Shown here: positions 42,771 to 56,720 of the stretch, in pieces
How positions within the stretch are numbered: position 1 is the stretch's first letter
How the letters are laid out: each line of letters opens with the position of its first letter
Notes under the pieces: model-generated
What the model was told of the DNA's origin: nothing
Database searches by the model: none
Seen by the model: only the letters and a program-made list of their open reading frames with translations
Made by a program: the position numbers and the translations under genes
NCBI RefSeq assembly: GCF_009914755.1
Contig: NC_060941.1
Source: the human T2T-CHM13v2.0 reference genome, Homo sapiens
Direction: 5' to 3' (one strand)
Length of the DNA: 64,000 nt

Positions 42771-42990
42771 GTTATATAATATAATCATGTTTTATACCAT
42801 CTTCAAAGGTGCCTGGTATTGAGACACAACATTATAGGAAACTGAGTCTGGGAGGAACCTTAGAAACCATTCCTAGTTTGATTATCTAAGAGAAGGGAAA
42901 AAAAAGTGCTGGGGTCCAAAGATGGAAAATAGTTTAATTTCTGTAGCAGGCACACGTGAAAATCTCTGCATTCCTACATAGGTAGTTCAC

Positions 42991-43275
42991 TTTTTTTTTT
43001 TTTTTTTTGAGACAGAGTCTCACTCTGTAGCCCAAGATGGAGTGCAGTGGCATGATCTTGGCTCACTGCACACAACCTCTGCCTCCCAAGCTCAAGCGAT
43101 TCTCGTGCCTCAGCCTTCCGAGTTGCTTGGACTACAGTTGTGCCACCACCCCTGGCTAATTTTTTTGTATTTTAGTAGAGATGGGGTTTCACCATGTTGC
43201 CCAGGGTGGTCTCGAACTCCTGAGCTCAGACAATCTGCCCGCCTCAGCCTTCCAAAGTGCTGGAATTACAGGCGA
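42991..43275 (-). mobile_element. Alu (AluJ/S-like)
   Basis: Poly-T followed by a dimer. Confidence 0.93.
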
Positions 43276-44629
43276 TGGTTTCACTTTTAACCATTTGCTT
43301 AGCCGTATGCCAACCATTTTGTTTTCCTGCTATAACACCATTGGAAATAAGGAAAGTTTCTACTATAAATATATTTAAAAGCAAAGCCATACAAGCCTTC
43401 AGACTCCCAAATATTCCAGCAACGTCAGCATAGCCAACACTGCATAACGTCCACTGCTATGCTCATTAAAGAAAGATTTGTGAGATGACTCAGGGCTGTA
43501 TTTGTCCACTGCAAGTGTGTGACCAGCTTCATTTTCAAAAATGATTGTTCCCCAAGGTAGTTTGTGATCATTAGCGAAAAGCTGAGCCTCAAAGCAATTT
43601 CGATGTTTTGGGAAAGATGCTGTATGTCTTTCCATACTGGCTTGATAAATTAAGGTCAAACCAGTTGATTATTTGTGAAAATTGAACACTTGAACATGTT
43701 AACTGTTGACAAACCTTGACAGGTATCATGTCTGCCTTTATTAGGAGATTAATTAAAGGCCACTGGAGGTGCTGGCATGGCGTGAAAAGCCTGGATTTGG
43801 TGATAGATAGATTTGGGACAGATCCTGACTCCTTACTTGGCTCTAAGGCCTTAGGCTAGTTTCTTAAACTCTCTGGATCACCATTTATTTGTGTGGGAAA
43901 TGGGGGTAATAAAACCTACTTCATAGACTTTGTGAGAATTAAACAGAAAATGTCTGTGCTCAGGAAATGCGAGATCCCTCCCACCCCACCGCATCCCCTC
44001 TAGAAAGATGAGGCGAGTGTTCATCTGTGGATGGGCATTCACTGAGGGACTCTTGTACGGCGCCCCTTGCTGACTGCTGGGATGAATCGGCTCAAAGCCA
44101 AATTTAGGTTAATGTCAAATGAGAGGGGAGAACAATGAACGCATCATTCTTTATGCTTCTGTTTAGGCTTCTGATCTAAAGACCAATTGTTGAGTTATTT
44201 AAATAAGAGTCTGCTCCCTCTTTGGAGATGATGTGGAATCTGAAGTCAGAGCCCTGGCTGAGTTTCAGTTTAAACACACTATTTTTGATTTACTGACCTT
44301 TCTGCAACCTTTCACTATCCTGAAGCAATCCGAGAGGGGAAGAATTGTGAGGTATCTCCCTGAGCACCAATGTGGGGTGAGGTACTGGCCCTGAGAGGAT
44401 ATTGAGAAGGCACATCCCGTGCAGGAGACCTCTGGCCCATCCTTCAGCTCTCGGGAAGTTCCCCAAGGGTGGGTGACTGTCTACCTTGGGAGTTCAAAGA
44501 TGAATGATACCACTGCCAAATAAAAACTGAGAGAGTAGGGGGTCTGGAGTCTGAAGCCTGAACTAGAGCTAACTATGACAGCCAACATTCACTGAGCATT
44601 CACTCTGAGCTAAGCATGATGCTTGAAGC

Positions 44630-44931
44630 TTTTTTTTTTTTTTTTTTTTTTTTGAGATGGAGTCTCTGTTGCTCAGGCTGGAGTGCAGTGTCACAATCTG
44701 GGCTTACCACAAACTCTGCTTCCCGGGTTTAAGCAATTCTCCTGCCTCAGCCTCCTGAGTAGCTGGGATTACAGGTGCACGCCATCACGCCCGGCTAATT
44801 TTTGTATTTTTAGTAGAGACGAGGTTTCGCCATGTTGGTCAGGCTGGTCTTAAACTCCTGACCTCAGGTGATCCACCCTCCTTGGCCTCCCAAAGTGCTG
44901 GCATTATAGGCGTGAGCCACTGCGCCTGGCC
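44630..44931 (-). mobile_element. Alu (AluS-like) inserted in a MIR
   Basis: TSD atgcttgaagcttt at 44619-44632 and 44933-44946. Confidence 0.95.
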
Positions 44932-46968
44932 AATGCTTGAAGCTTTAAACCCTGTGTTGCATCCAAGCTTCCTATCAGCCCTATGAGGTAGATATGATTA
45001 CTGTCATAGCTGAAAATACTGAGAAGTTACACTTGTTGCCCAAAGGCCACATGGCTCCCACCGAGCAGAGTGGGAGCTATGTACGAGTGACACCCACTCT
45101 CTTACCTGCTGGTCACACAGTTTCCCCAAACACATTGATTCCTTCAGCGCTCCCACAAGAGAATTCCAGCAGCCACGCCTGCACCTCATCCCATCTTAGG
45201 GCAAAACTCCCCTTCTGCTTGGAAAAGACACACGATAGGCAGGGGCTTATGCTTTCCACCAGGGGCCCTTTCTCTGCACGTTGGGACTCCAGAGGTCACG
45301 TGGGCCTGGGGTTTAACCCTGCAATGCCGACACATGCACGCATGCACACAAATACAAAACCACAAGTGGAATTCCTAGTACCCTGCCCAGCCTGCAGGGG
45401 AGGGGCAGTGGCCTCTCTTTCTTCTTACCACCACTCCACCCCCAGCCCCCCTACACCGGCATCCACTGATCTGCTCCCTGCTGGGCTGTTGGAGCTAAGG
45501 AGGGACAAGTTTGTCTCCCACCCACTTCCAGGGCTGTGTCCTTGGCTTCGATGACCTTACAAAGGCTCTCACCTAAAGGGCTATTTAGGTTTAGGTTTAA
45601 GGGGCAAGAAGAAAAGAAAAGAAGAATAGCTGCAGCCTAAAATAAGTATTATTGGCAACCAGGAGAGAAACTCGGGGCTCGTAGAACCAAATGAAGAATT
45701 TGTAAGCTTTCAGCCACCTGAAATTGTGGCGCTTTCCCCCACCCCATGCACTTAATAAGAGCTGACAGCCTGCATTGTTCTGCCACGACAAGGTACGCTG
45801 CAGCCCAGTGATAGGGCGAGAGCAGCAGGGGGACAAAGGCAGCACAGCCGAGGAGGGGCAGAGCGAGGGGTGAAACATAAAGACTGAGGGCTGGGGGGGG
45901 CGACTCCTAATCAGGAGCCTGGCAAGAGACCCCGGGAACGGCAGCCCACTGACAGTGGAGACCAGGAGCTCCAGATGGCTTTTTGTCTCAATAAAATAAA
46001 AAATGTAATCTGACAGGCTCTGGGATGGGACTCAGGGAAACAAAAGTCAGCGGAGCAGGGAGCGGGAGTGGGCCGGGTTAAAGGTATCAGAGTCTGAGAA
46101 AGACAAAAAGAAGTGGCTGTCTCTTTGAGCAATTATGGGCTTTGCAAATGACATTTAATTCCAGAGGTGCATGCCAGGGACAAAGCCAGTTGTTTTCTGG
46201 TCTTGGCAGGGGTAGAGGAATTGGAAATACACTGGACATTTGGCCTCGGAAGAAAGGTGATAACTTTGCCAATTACCCACGGGTGTGGGCTCTTTGTGTC
46301 CACACTCTTCTCCCCACCCCAAGTCATTAGGGGATGATATAAAGATACAGGGCTTCCTGGTGCAATTTAATTGCTCATAGACCGAAAAGTGATGAGCTCC
46401 ATCGAATTGCACAGACGTCCTGTAGGAGACCAGCTGCCGTATTAATGTGGCTTCTCAGAGGGGAACACACCCCCACCTGCTTCACCAGGAGCACACAGAA
46501 GCCCAGGGAAACAGTGGTCCCCCTGTGGCCTCTGATGGGGCTGTCGCTTTTTATTAAGTAATCTCTGCCTTTCAGATCACTGCATGTTTTCTTCCCAAAG
46601 GTCTTTGTTGCTGTGTAGGCCCAGCACACAGCAGGTTCCCAATAAATATTAAACAGCGGATGCTAGTGATGTCTCCAGATGTCACCATAGGGGACAAATT
46701 GTCACCCAGGGGATGACCCCACACTAGGACTATGGTGTGGTCACTATGGCTGTATAGCACAAAACCTAAGGCATGATGGGTTAGGGGTTCTGAGGCAGGG
46801 AAATGGGGCAGGAGGGTTAGTGGATATTACAAAGAGCCTCTTAGACAAAAATTATAAAGCCAGAAGATGCATAGTTCTGGTGAGGATGTAGGGAAACAGG
46901 CACTCTCAGATAATGGTAGAGGAGAAGGAGTAAAGGCTTTTCCAAAAACAATGTATCAATAGTGATTA

Positions 46969-47504
<536 letters not shown>

Positions 47505-47726
47505 TCATAATTTAAAAATTAAAATACACATTCAAAAAACATCAAAGTGTTTTAAGCATGAACTTTGAAGTCTGATCAGGCCATGAGTCCTGGCTTCATC
47601 TCTCTCTTGGTTATGATTTCAGGCAAAGTCCTCTGAGCTTGTGTTTCATGGCAGCATGGTTCGTAATAGACCTTTGTTGTGTGTCTCTGAGCTTTGGTTT
47701 CCCCAACTGTAGGCCAGAGGTAGTAA

Positions 47727-48048
<322 letters not shown>

Positions 48049-48927
48049 GGCCAGAGGTAGTAATAGTATTTACCCCACAGGGTTGTTGAAAGATTTAGAT
48101 GAGATATGCATAGAAAAGCTCAGTGCCTGATATACCCTCAGTGCTCAATAAATAGCACCAGTTGATGTATTATAGACCGAGTGACTCTAAGTGTCTCTCA
48201 GGAGTGGGAAAGGAAGGAGAGAAAGCAAGAGAGGACCCCAAATTACCCAATGAACAAACATCTCAAAAATATCCAAGGTCCTGGGATGATCTGTAAACTA
48301 AGGACACAAAGGAACTTGCTGACTAGTGTAACTTCCTCTTTGTCTCTTGGCCCAACAGGTCTTGGTGGATTCTCATTACCTCCCTGCCTTGTGAATTCAG
48401 ATAACAGAGACAGAAGTTTGAATTCTGGGCCCGCAGACCAATGTCAGATGAGGGGTCCCATCACCCTTAGGTAATGATGAAAGCACAGGATGCATCTTTT
48501 TCCAAAAGCTGTCCGCCTGGTTGGGGCTTCTAGGGCCCTTGGCCATCAACGGGATTTGCTCTCATTCAGAATGACTTCCTGTCCCCAAAAGAATGTTTGT
48601 TAGGTTAGAAAAGTGATCACCAGGGCTATCAACTGAGAAAGCAGAAGGAGTTGACTCACATCGTTTGTGCTTATTAAATACATGTTAAAGGATTAAGTGA
48701 AAACTAGAAAAAGAGAAAGAAAAGAGATTCACCCCTAAGAAAGCCGGGTGTGTCCCTGGCTGCCCTCTCAGAAGGGCCGCTCAGAGTGAGCTGGAAGAGA
48801 TGTGCATGGCAGCCCTTTGGGTATCTATTTTATTCTGAGGAAACTGAACCCAGAAAAGGTGAGAGTTCTTCTAGAGATGCCTAGCAAGTGAGTGGCCCAG
48901 GCAGAATCTGATTTTGAGTTTCTAGAT

Positions 48928-49545
48928 CAGTGCTGTCCAAGAGACATATAAAAAGAACCATATATGTGATTTAAACTCATGGCATAGCCATATTAAAAAA
49001 GAAAATGAGACAGGTAAAATAAATTGTAACATTATATTTATTTAATATATCTAAAATACTATTTAACATATAATCTATATTTTAAAATATAGGCTGGGTA
49101 CTGTGGCTCATGCTTGAGGCTGGGAGTTCAAGACCAGCCTGGGCAACATAGCGAGATCTTGTCTCTTAAAAAGAAATTTTTTTTTACATTAGCCAGTGTG
49201 GAAAAAAAAAGGAAAAAAAGAAACAAAAATGTAAAAAATAAAATAAAATTAGCCAATGTGGTGGTGTGCTCCTATAGTCCCAGCTACTTTGCAGGCTAAG
49301 GCTGAAGGATCAATTGAGCCCAGAAGTTTGAGGTTACAGTGAGCTACGATGGCACCCACTGCACTAGAGCCTGGGCAACCAAGTGAGATGCTATTGAGAG
49401 AGAGAGAGAGAGAGAGATTTTCCATCTTTGTGTTTTATAATAAGTCTTCAAAACTCTGCTGTGTGTTTCATTCTTCCAGCACATCTCAACAAGAACCAGG
49501 CACATTGCAAGTGCTCGCTAGCTAACAGCTAGTGCTGCAGCTCTA
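48928..49545. mobile_element. MER33-like MITE split by a rearranged AluJ (49092-49416)
   Basis: cagtgctgtccaa...agccatattaaaaaag..acaggtaaaataaatt | Alu with (GA)n tail | cagcacatctcaa...cacattgcaagtgctc. Confidence 0.75.
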
Positions 49546-50557
49546 GGTTCCTAGCCAAGTCAGTTTCCTTCAGATGTCTGGCTGCAATGCCAGGGTGCAT
49601 GTGTGTTGGGGCCAGGTTGGGTGGGTGCAAACTGGGAGGCACAGGAAAGAAATTCAAGATTTGGTAGGTACAAGGCACACTTGTAAAGACAGCTAGCAGC
49701 AGGGGGCCAGGCTAGGTACTGGGTGGGATAGGACAGAACTGAGCTTTAGAAATTGATGGGAATGAGTCAACCAAGAGCTGCGGCCACAGCCAGGACAGAA
49801 AAAACTCAGGAGGGGTGGGGCAGGAGAAACAATTCCATGAGGGTTGAGGCTGTGTGAGCCCCAGAGAAGGCCTGGCCACCTCATTGGGCAGGGGCAGCCC
49901 CCAAACTCTAACAAGGAGATTCTTCTTCAGCCAGAGGACCCAGCTCTGTGAGTCCAGGGAGCTTTGCCAAGAAGGATACTGCTGTGTTTGCTGCTCTTCC
50001 TGTTTCTAGGCACCACCCTACAGCATGAGTCTTTCTTTACCCCAACCCAAAGCAAACAGTGCAAGCTTGAGACAGCAATGCAAACTGTAATGACATTTAG
50101 GAGATGACCACCTCATCACGATTAGGCATGAGTGAGCCTTGGTACAAACCTCTGCCAGGCACTTACTAGCATGTGACTTAGGGAAAGTTACTCTCTGAGC
50201 TTCAGTTTCTCAGCTACAAAATGGAGGAGCTAATGGTGCCAACCCTGTTGCCAACCTCACAGGGTGACTGGGTGTGTTGGGGGAAACAGCGCTCCACACA
50301 GTGGAGGGCTCGATGTGCACTTGTGCCGCTACACACAGGCAGTCCACAGTTCCCTGCACATCTCATCTGATGCTGGAGCAGGAGGCAGCCTTTCCACTCA
50401 TCTCACTGAGAAACAGAAAGAAGGGAGGCCTAGTGCTCTGCCAGGGCCCCACAGCTACAACCCAGCTTCAGGGTTCCCACTCTAGGGCTTGTTCCATGAC
50501 TAGGTTGAAGACATTTCTGGTAAGTTTGAAAGGTGGGATTCTTTTTACTTTCTCTTT

Positions 50558-50559
<2 letters not shown>

Positions 50560-50595
<36 letters not shown>

Positions 50596-50606
50596 TGTGT
50601 GTGTGT

Positions 50607-50640
<34 letters not shown>
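50560..50640. repeat. Compound (CT)n-(GT)n microsatellite
   Basis: About 16 TC units directly followed by about 24 GT units with one interruption. Confidence 0.95.
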
Positions 50641-50643
<3 letters not shown>

Positions 50644-53600
50644 GTTTTGGCTTTTGTCGTTGCTGTTTGTTTGTGCTTCTAACCAAGAGGTAAGGCAGAA
50701 CTTTAAGAAGCTGATGTCTTCCCATCACTTCTGTTGGTCCAAGTCATCCTCCTGAAAACCTAGGTGTGGGCTGAGCAGCTCAAAAGCCAAGACAGCAGAG
50801 AAAGCACAGAGTGGTGAGGGTCAGATGTGTGAGGGGAGAGGGTCCACTTGATGGAAAGAAGGGAAAGAGAGGCTGTGGGTGGGGAGGTTTGCCAGATGCC
50901 TGGCTGGGCTGACCCACCCCAGGTTCGGGAGGCCTAAAGAGCAGCTGCATCTTTTGAGGACTGTATAAGGGGTCAGAAGCCCCACCTCTTCCTACCACCC
51001 TTGTACAGGGGAGAGCAGGGTTCTCATTTCTACAGCGCCCCCCACCGCCGGTGGGGCAGGGATGCAAGCATTATCTCACCTCTTACTCTGTGTCCTGGAA
51101 ACAACCTGGGAAGTCATCTTGTCCAAACATTTTGTTTTGCAGGAGATGAAACTGAGGCAGAAAGCGGCTGAGAAATATTCTCAAAGTCACACAGCTAGAG
51201 TGGCTGAGCTTGGTTTTATGCAACTGATCGGAGAAGGTAGTGGACAGAGGAGAAGAAAGGAAGAGACAGGGCCCCAGGGCAAGAAAGAAAGGGATTGACA
51301 GGGAACGCCGCTGCAGGGAAGGGACTTCGGGGACTGCTCAGCATGTCCGCACAGGAAAAGAGGCCCAAGCCCTTGTTCGGTTCATTCCAAAAAGTGGATT
51401 GACATCAAGATGAATGGCCAATTAGGGAAGATTGCAGAGACAATTTACAGAGCAAGTTCGCTCATATTCTGGGGCTAGATCAGTTGGGGGAGACTCCAAA
51501 GGCCCGTCTTCAGTAAAAATAATCTGATGATCGCTAATTCTATAGCCATTAGCTTTGGAGAGACTGGTGTGAGACGGTGTAAAGTGTTAAAATGACTCTC
51601 TTCCTTTGGGGGAGAACTTACAGCCTTAATTCAGCTGGGGTTGCAGTCCATGGGTCTTAACTGAAAGAGAGAACATCAGTCCCAGGCATCACAACAGAGA
51701 AGCCCAGGAGACCCAAAGAATCAGCAATCTGTTTCTCCAGTACTTGAAGGACAGGGTAGACAATGGTCTTTGGAGGAAGTTTAAAGCTTTCAGACGTTGA
51801 GGTGGACCAGACGGCCTCTAAGGGTTTCTCCCTACCAGAAGAGTATTTGTTTGTATGGTTCAGTTACTAAATGGACACCATGGGCTATCCATTCTTCTTG
51901 TTCAAGCATCATAGAACCAAAGCCATGACCTGCCAGTCTAGAGCTGGCTTTCAGCTTGGAGCTTGCTTGAGCACAGGGGAAGGAGAGTGGGGTGGGGAAT
52001 GGGATTCCACAACCTCTTCCCAGCTTCCCAGCTCTGATGTCCTCTCTCTCGCCTGAGGTGTGAGGGGGTAATGGCTCTGAGCAACCCTCACAGCCATACA
52101 GCGAGAGGATTAATTAATGTGGCTAACATGCTCGGAGATCCCTAAACGAGGACGTTAGCCAAGGGCCAACATTATTAGAGGGATGATGGCTATTAGGATT
52201 ACGCTATTGTTATGATGTTTGCTTTCTCAACCCTTAAATCACACTCTACCTCGCCATCACTTGCATTTTGTGTAATTATAGTTTATATAGGTAACAAATG
52301 GATATTTCTGCAAGCCTGGGAGAGAGCCTTCTGCATACATTAATTTGCTTGATTAGTTCTCTATTTAGTATGCTCTGTTCCCCCAAACCCCCCTTTCCTG
52401 CCCAGCTTCAACAGAAAATTAATGAGTTTTAACACCTTGTAAAAGTGGGTTGTGCTGTGGGAATACCTTGAGTGTACTTTGGGTTTTAAATCCACACATT
52501 CAGAGGCTTCCTAAAGGTTATGCAAAGGTTAACAAACAATTAATATGTTGAATCAGTGTGCTAAATCTGTTTACCCAATCTTTGCAATCTAAAGGCCATT
52601 AGCCATCAGCCTCAACACTTACATTGATCTCTCTCTTTCCTAACCCACCCCCACTCTGTTCTCTGAATAATCTGAGTCAAAAGCAAGAAAAAGTTCTGAA
52701 TCGAGAGCAGTAAATATCTCTGGAAAGTTTGGGGTTTCTTGCTACTTAAGCCTCAAAGCTTTGGGAATCGTAATAGACTTGATCAAGTAGTCAAAAATTT
52801 TGAGAATACAATGAAAGATGGGAAGCATTTCCACCTTTTTAACAATGAGCAAAATGTGAGTTAGTCTTGTACATGGATCCCATCTTGAGTTCATGGCTCT
52901 TGTGCTGATTCTCTCCCTTGTTTATAGGACAAAGGGGATGGAGAAGTGGTGGGAGATAATTCTCATCTTAGTGGACTGATTGGAAAGAGGCTTTCTACTA
53001 CTCTCTAAGGAGAAAATTCAGCAGAGCTATTGGGGCCAGAATGTTTCTTTCCTTAAGAGAAAGAAGAGGGTAAGGAAATAGCCAAATGTAATCCAGGTGG
53101 TAAGATTGCCCCCAGGGGTCTCCTAGTCCTTCAAAGAACTTCATTGCTCTCCCTCATTTTAGGATGCTTTTGTTCATGATGATAATGATGATCATGACTA
53201 TAATGAAGACCATGACCTTGATGAGATCGTCAAGATTTATCATCAGAGTCCAGTGGGCATGAGGAAAGCAACATGCAGCAGTCCTTCCCAGCCTGGCCCC
53301 TTAAGAGGAGCTTTCCTGCCCATGTGATCCACCTCTATCCTTGGCTCAACAGAAACAATCTCCCATGTTGACTGAGACCCCGTCTCCTTAGCCTGTTCCC
53401 AGACTTGCCAATCACCTTGTCTCCCTACCTATGACCCCTTTTGTGATGCTCATTCTTGCACACAGACTGCCAGATTTGGCCGGTGAGGTGATTCCTTAGA
53501 CATGATCTGACATTGGCTCTGGGACTCAACTCATAAGCCTTGCTCAGGTCTTCTCCCTAGTGTCAGAGGCAACTCCTATGGAGAACTTCAAAGGTGGCAT

Positions 53601-53979
53601 CATTTTCCTCTTCAAAGTAAATATTAGCAAGGACTAAGAGCTAGCTCTCTGTCTGCTTTCGGTTTTATTGGTAGGTGGGGCCCAAAAATTGTAACAACTA
53701 GAAAAGCACAGTCACTGACCAACCAGAATGGACACCTGATGGAAACAACCAGAATAGCTGTGCCCTTGCATGCCAGTCAAATGTCTGCCCTGGTTGTCTG
53801 GATATCAATGGGAAGGCATTGTTTTGGGTTCTATCAAAGTGCACTGCTCATGAATTTTCTTGATTACATTTGGCTTTCGCATTGTTTGTGAATTAAGCTT
53901 TGTTTAATTTTACTTCCACTTACAATACATTGGTATGTGCAAATACCTTTGTTTCTAAAACTTCGTGGATGTGAATATT

Positions 53980-54180
53980 AATGGTGATAATGAAGACATG
54001 TGTCAGGCAGTGTCCTAGGAGTTTTATGTGAATTATCTCATTCTGATTCTTTAGCTGAGGTACCTACAATTACTACTCCCATTTCATAGATGAGGAAAAG
54101 CAAGATTAAAGAGGCTGTGGAGTTTGATCAAGGTCACAAAACTGAAAAGTGATGGAACTAGCTCTCTTTGATGCCAAGAC
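53980..54180. mobile_element. MIR
   Basis: ctcccatttcatagatgaggaaag...caaggtcaca. Confidence 0.8.
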
Positions 54181-54650
54181 ACATGTTCTCCTGCAAGAGA
54201 AAATATTCTACTTAACAAGATTTAACACACTGCCTTTTATCCCAGAGCAAATCAGATGAGTCATGTAAACCCACTGGCCTTTTTTCTGTACCTGGAAATG
54301 AGGGTATTTGAAGTATAACTTATATTAACAGATACGAAGGTAGAAAAATCATAGCTATCTAACAATCAGAAATAGAAAAAAAAAAGACAGTATACCTGCT
54401 TCATTGTACATTATCAGTCATTAAAAGTAAATTTCACAAAGAGTTTAACATTCAAGCGTGTTAATAATATCAAAATAATTGAATGAAGCAGGATATAAAA
54501 GTACATATTAGGCATTTTATTATTACAACTACTTAAAACATATCCAGAATGCTAAAGTATTTATAGGTGAAGGGTACTGATGTTCATTGCTTTGAAATGC
54601 ACTAAAAATAAGATAATTGTAGAATCTAAGTAGTGGGTATGGAATGTTCA

Positions 54651-55081
<431 letters not shown>

Positions 55082-55137
55082 TCATCTTTATGTGATGGGA
55101 TTATGGGTGATTATTTTTCCTCTTTCTAATCTTCTAC

Positions 55138-55710
55138 TGTTTCAGTTACCTATTGTTATATCAAACCATCCCAACACATAGAGACTTAAAACTACATCCA
55201 TTGATTATTTCTTATACTCCGTTTGTGAGTTGGTGACTTAAAACAACAGAACTATTTATTATTTCTCCTGATTCCATTTGCTAGCAGGGAGGTTCCTCAG
55301 CAGGTTTTGTTTGGGCTCAGGCAGTTGCTTTCAGCTGGAGAGTCAACTGGGGTGGGAGATCCAAGTCAACCTCCCTTACGCCGTTGGTAGTTGGTGCAGA
55401 ATGATGGTGGGCCTTTCTCTCCATGTGGTCTTTCATCCCAGGCTTCTTCATGGATGTCTGTCTCAGGGCAATGTTCCTAGAGGAGAGCAAAGGTGGAAGC
55501 AGCAATGACTCATAAGCCCTAGCCTCAGAAGTTGCCTAGCTTTGCTTTCTGCCCCTTTCTATGTGGACAAAGCTGGTCTCAAAGCCAATGAAATTGCAAG
55601 GAGTAGACAAGCAGATGTCTCCTCTGGATGGGAGGAGTTGCAAAGCTGTATTGCAAAGGGTCATAATCCTGGATTGAAATGAATCTGGAGCCATAAAAAA
55701 CCTACTACAA
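55138..55710. mobile_element. MLT1-family MaLR LTR
   Basis: tcagttacctattg...cttaaaacaacag..tttattatttctc...tctctccatgtggtct...gatgggaggagttgcaaag. Confidence 0.8.
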
Positions 55711-55869
55711 CTACTGCGCTAGATGTTAAAATGGGATTCTTGTCTCAGTATTACTGAGACAAGACATTATTTCTACTGAAAGTAGAAAATAATGGGTGCA
55801 GAGTAAAGCAGGATGCTGGGCCAGCATGGCAGGGTCTCCAGTTCAGTCAGCACTCGAACATCATTGATT

Positions 55870-56720
55870 GTTTTAAGAGAAGGCTGTGAATGCATGAATC
55901 AGGATGAAGAGATTGAGAGTAAAGATTTCTTTAAAGAGGGAGAGAGTTAGTTGTTGAATACAAAGGCAGGGGCACTTAGAACCACCCAAAGGATTTGCTC
56001 TATGCCCCTAGAATTTGAAGGATGCAGGGATGCAACCTGACTCATGCTCCAAAATCAAAGACAGAGGGCCAGCTGGGATGGCCTGCATGGATGGGCAGCC
56101 AAGAGGCAGGGCAGGGGCGGGAAGCACTGCACTTGTTAGGTTTGGTGGTGCGAGGATACAGGTGCGCTTCCCGTGGACCAGACGTGGACTTCCCCTGAGA
56201 AAAATGCCTGCTTATAGGTCAGATATGGATCCCCTAGAAGTGAGTGCTCCCTGCTGGAGAAGTGAGGCGACCACAACAGAGGAGCTGACTGCTGTAAATT
56301 AGCGCTCTTATGGAGTCAGCTGGAGGAAGCACCGTCCAAGAAAATCCTCAGCCAGTGGGGAGATGGTGTCTCCAAAGAACCCTAAAGAGCACACACAGGA
56401 GAAACACACCCTCAGGATACCAGGTTACAACTGTTCCAGTCAACCAAGACTTTGCTTGCCCCCTAAGCCTCTCCCCCATCTTCCTCCCACACTGGCCCAG
56501 GTGGCAGAAGCCGACTACTGAGAGGGGGCGCGAGGAAGAAAACAGAGAAGAGGCAACTGCATACATGCCTGTGCCCACGGGCCAAGCTCAGCAAGGGGAG
56601 AAGTTATAAACTGCATGAGAGTTTGATATGAGACTGGGACTTGACATTTTATTACCTGAAGGAGCAAGACTCTTAATTAATACCTGGGAGTATCCAAAAA
56701 GCAAGAGAAAGAAAAAATGA
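55870..56720 (+). mobile_element. Probable MamGypLTR1-like ancient Gypsy LTR
   Basis: ggggagaagttataaactgcatgagagtttgatatgagactgggacttgacattttattacctgaagg resembles the recalled MamGypLTR1 3' portion. Confidence 0.5.

Noticed and set aside
44994-45554. 186-aa ATG-initiated ORF
   Set aside because: Starts within a MIR remnant; no homology or codon signature recognised
45584-45603. TTTAGG x3 telomere-like repeat
   Set aside because: Too short and not TTAGGG; chance microsatellite
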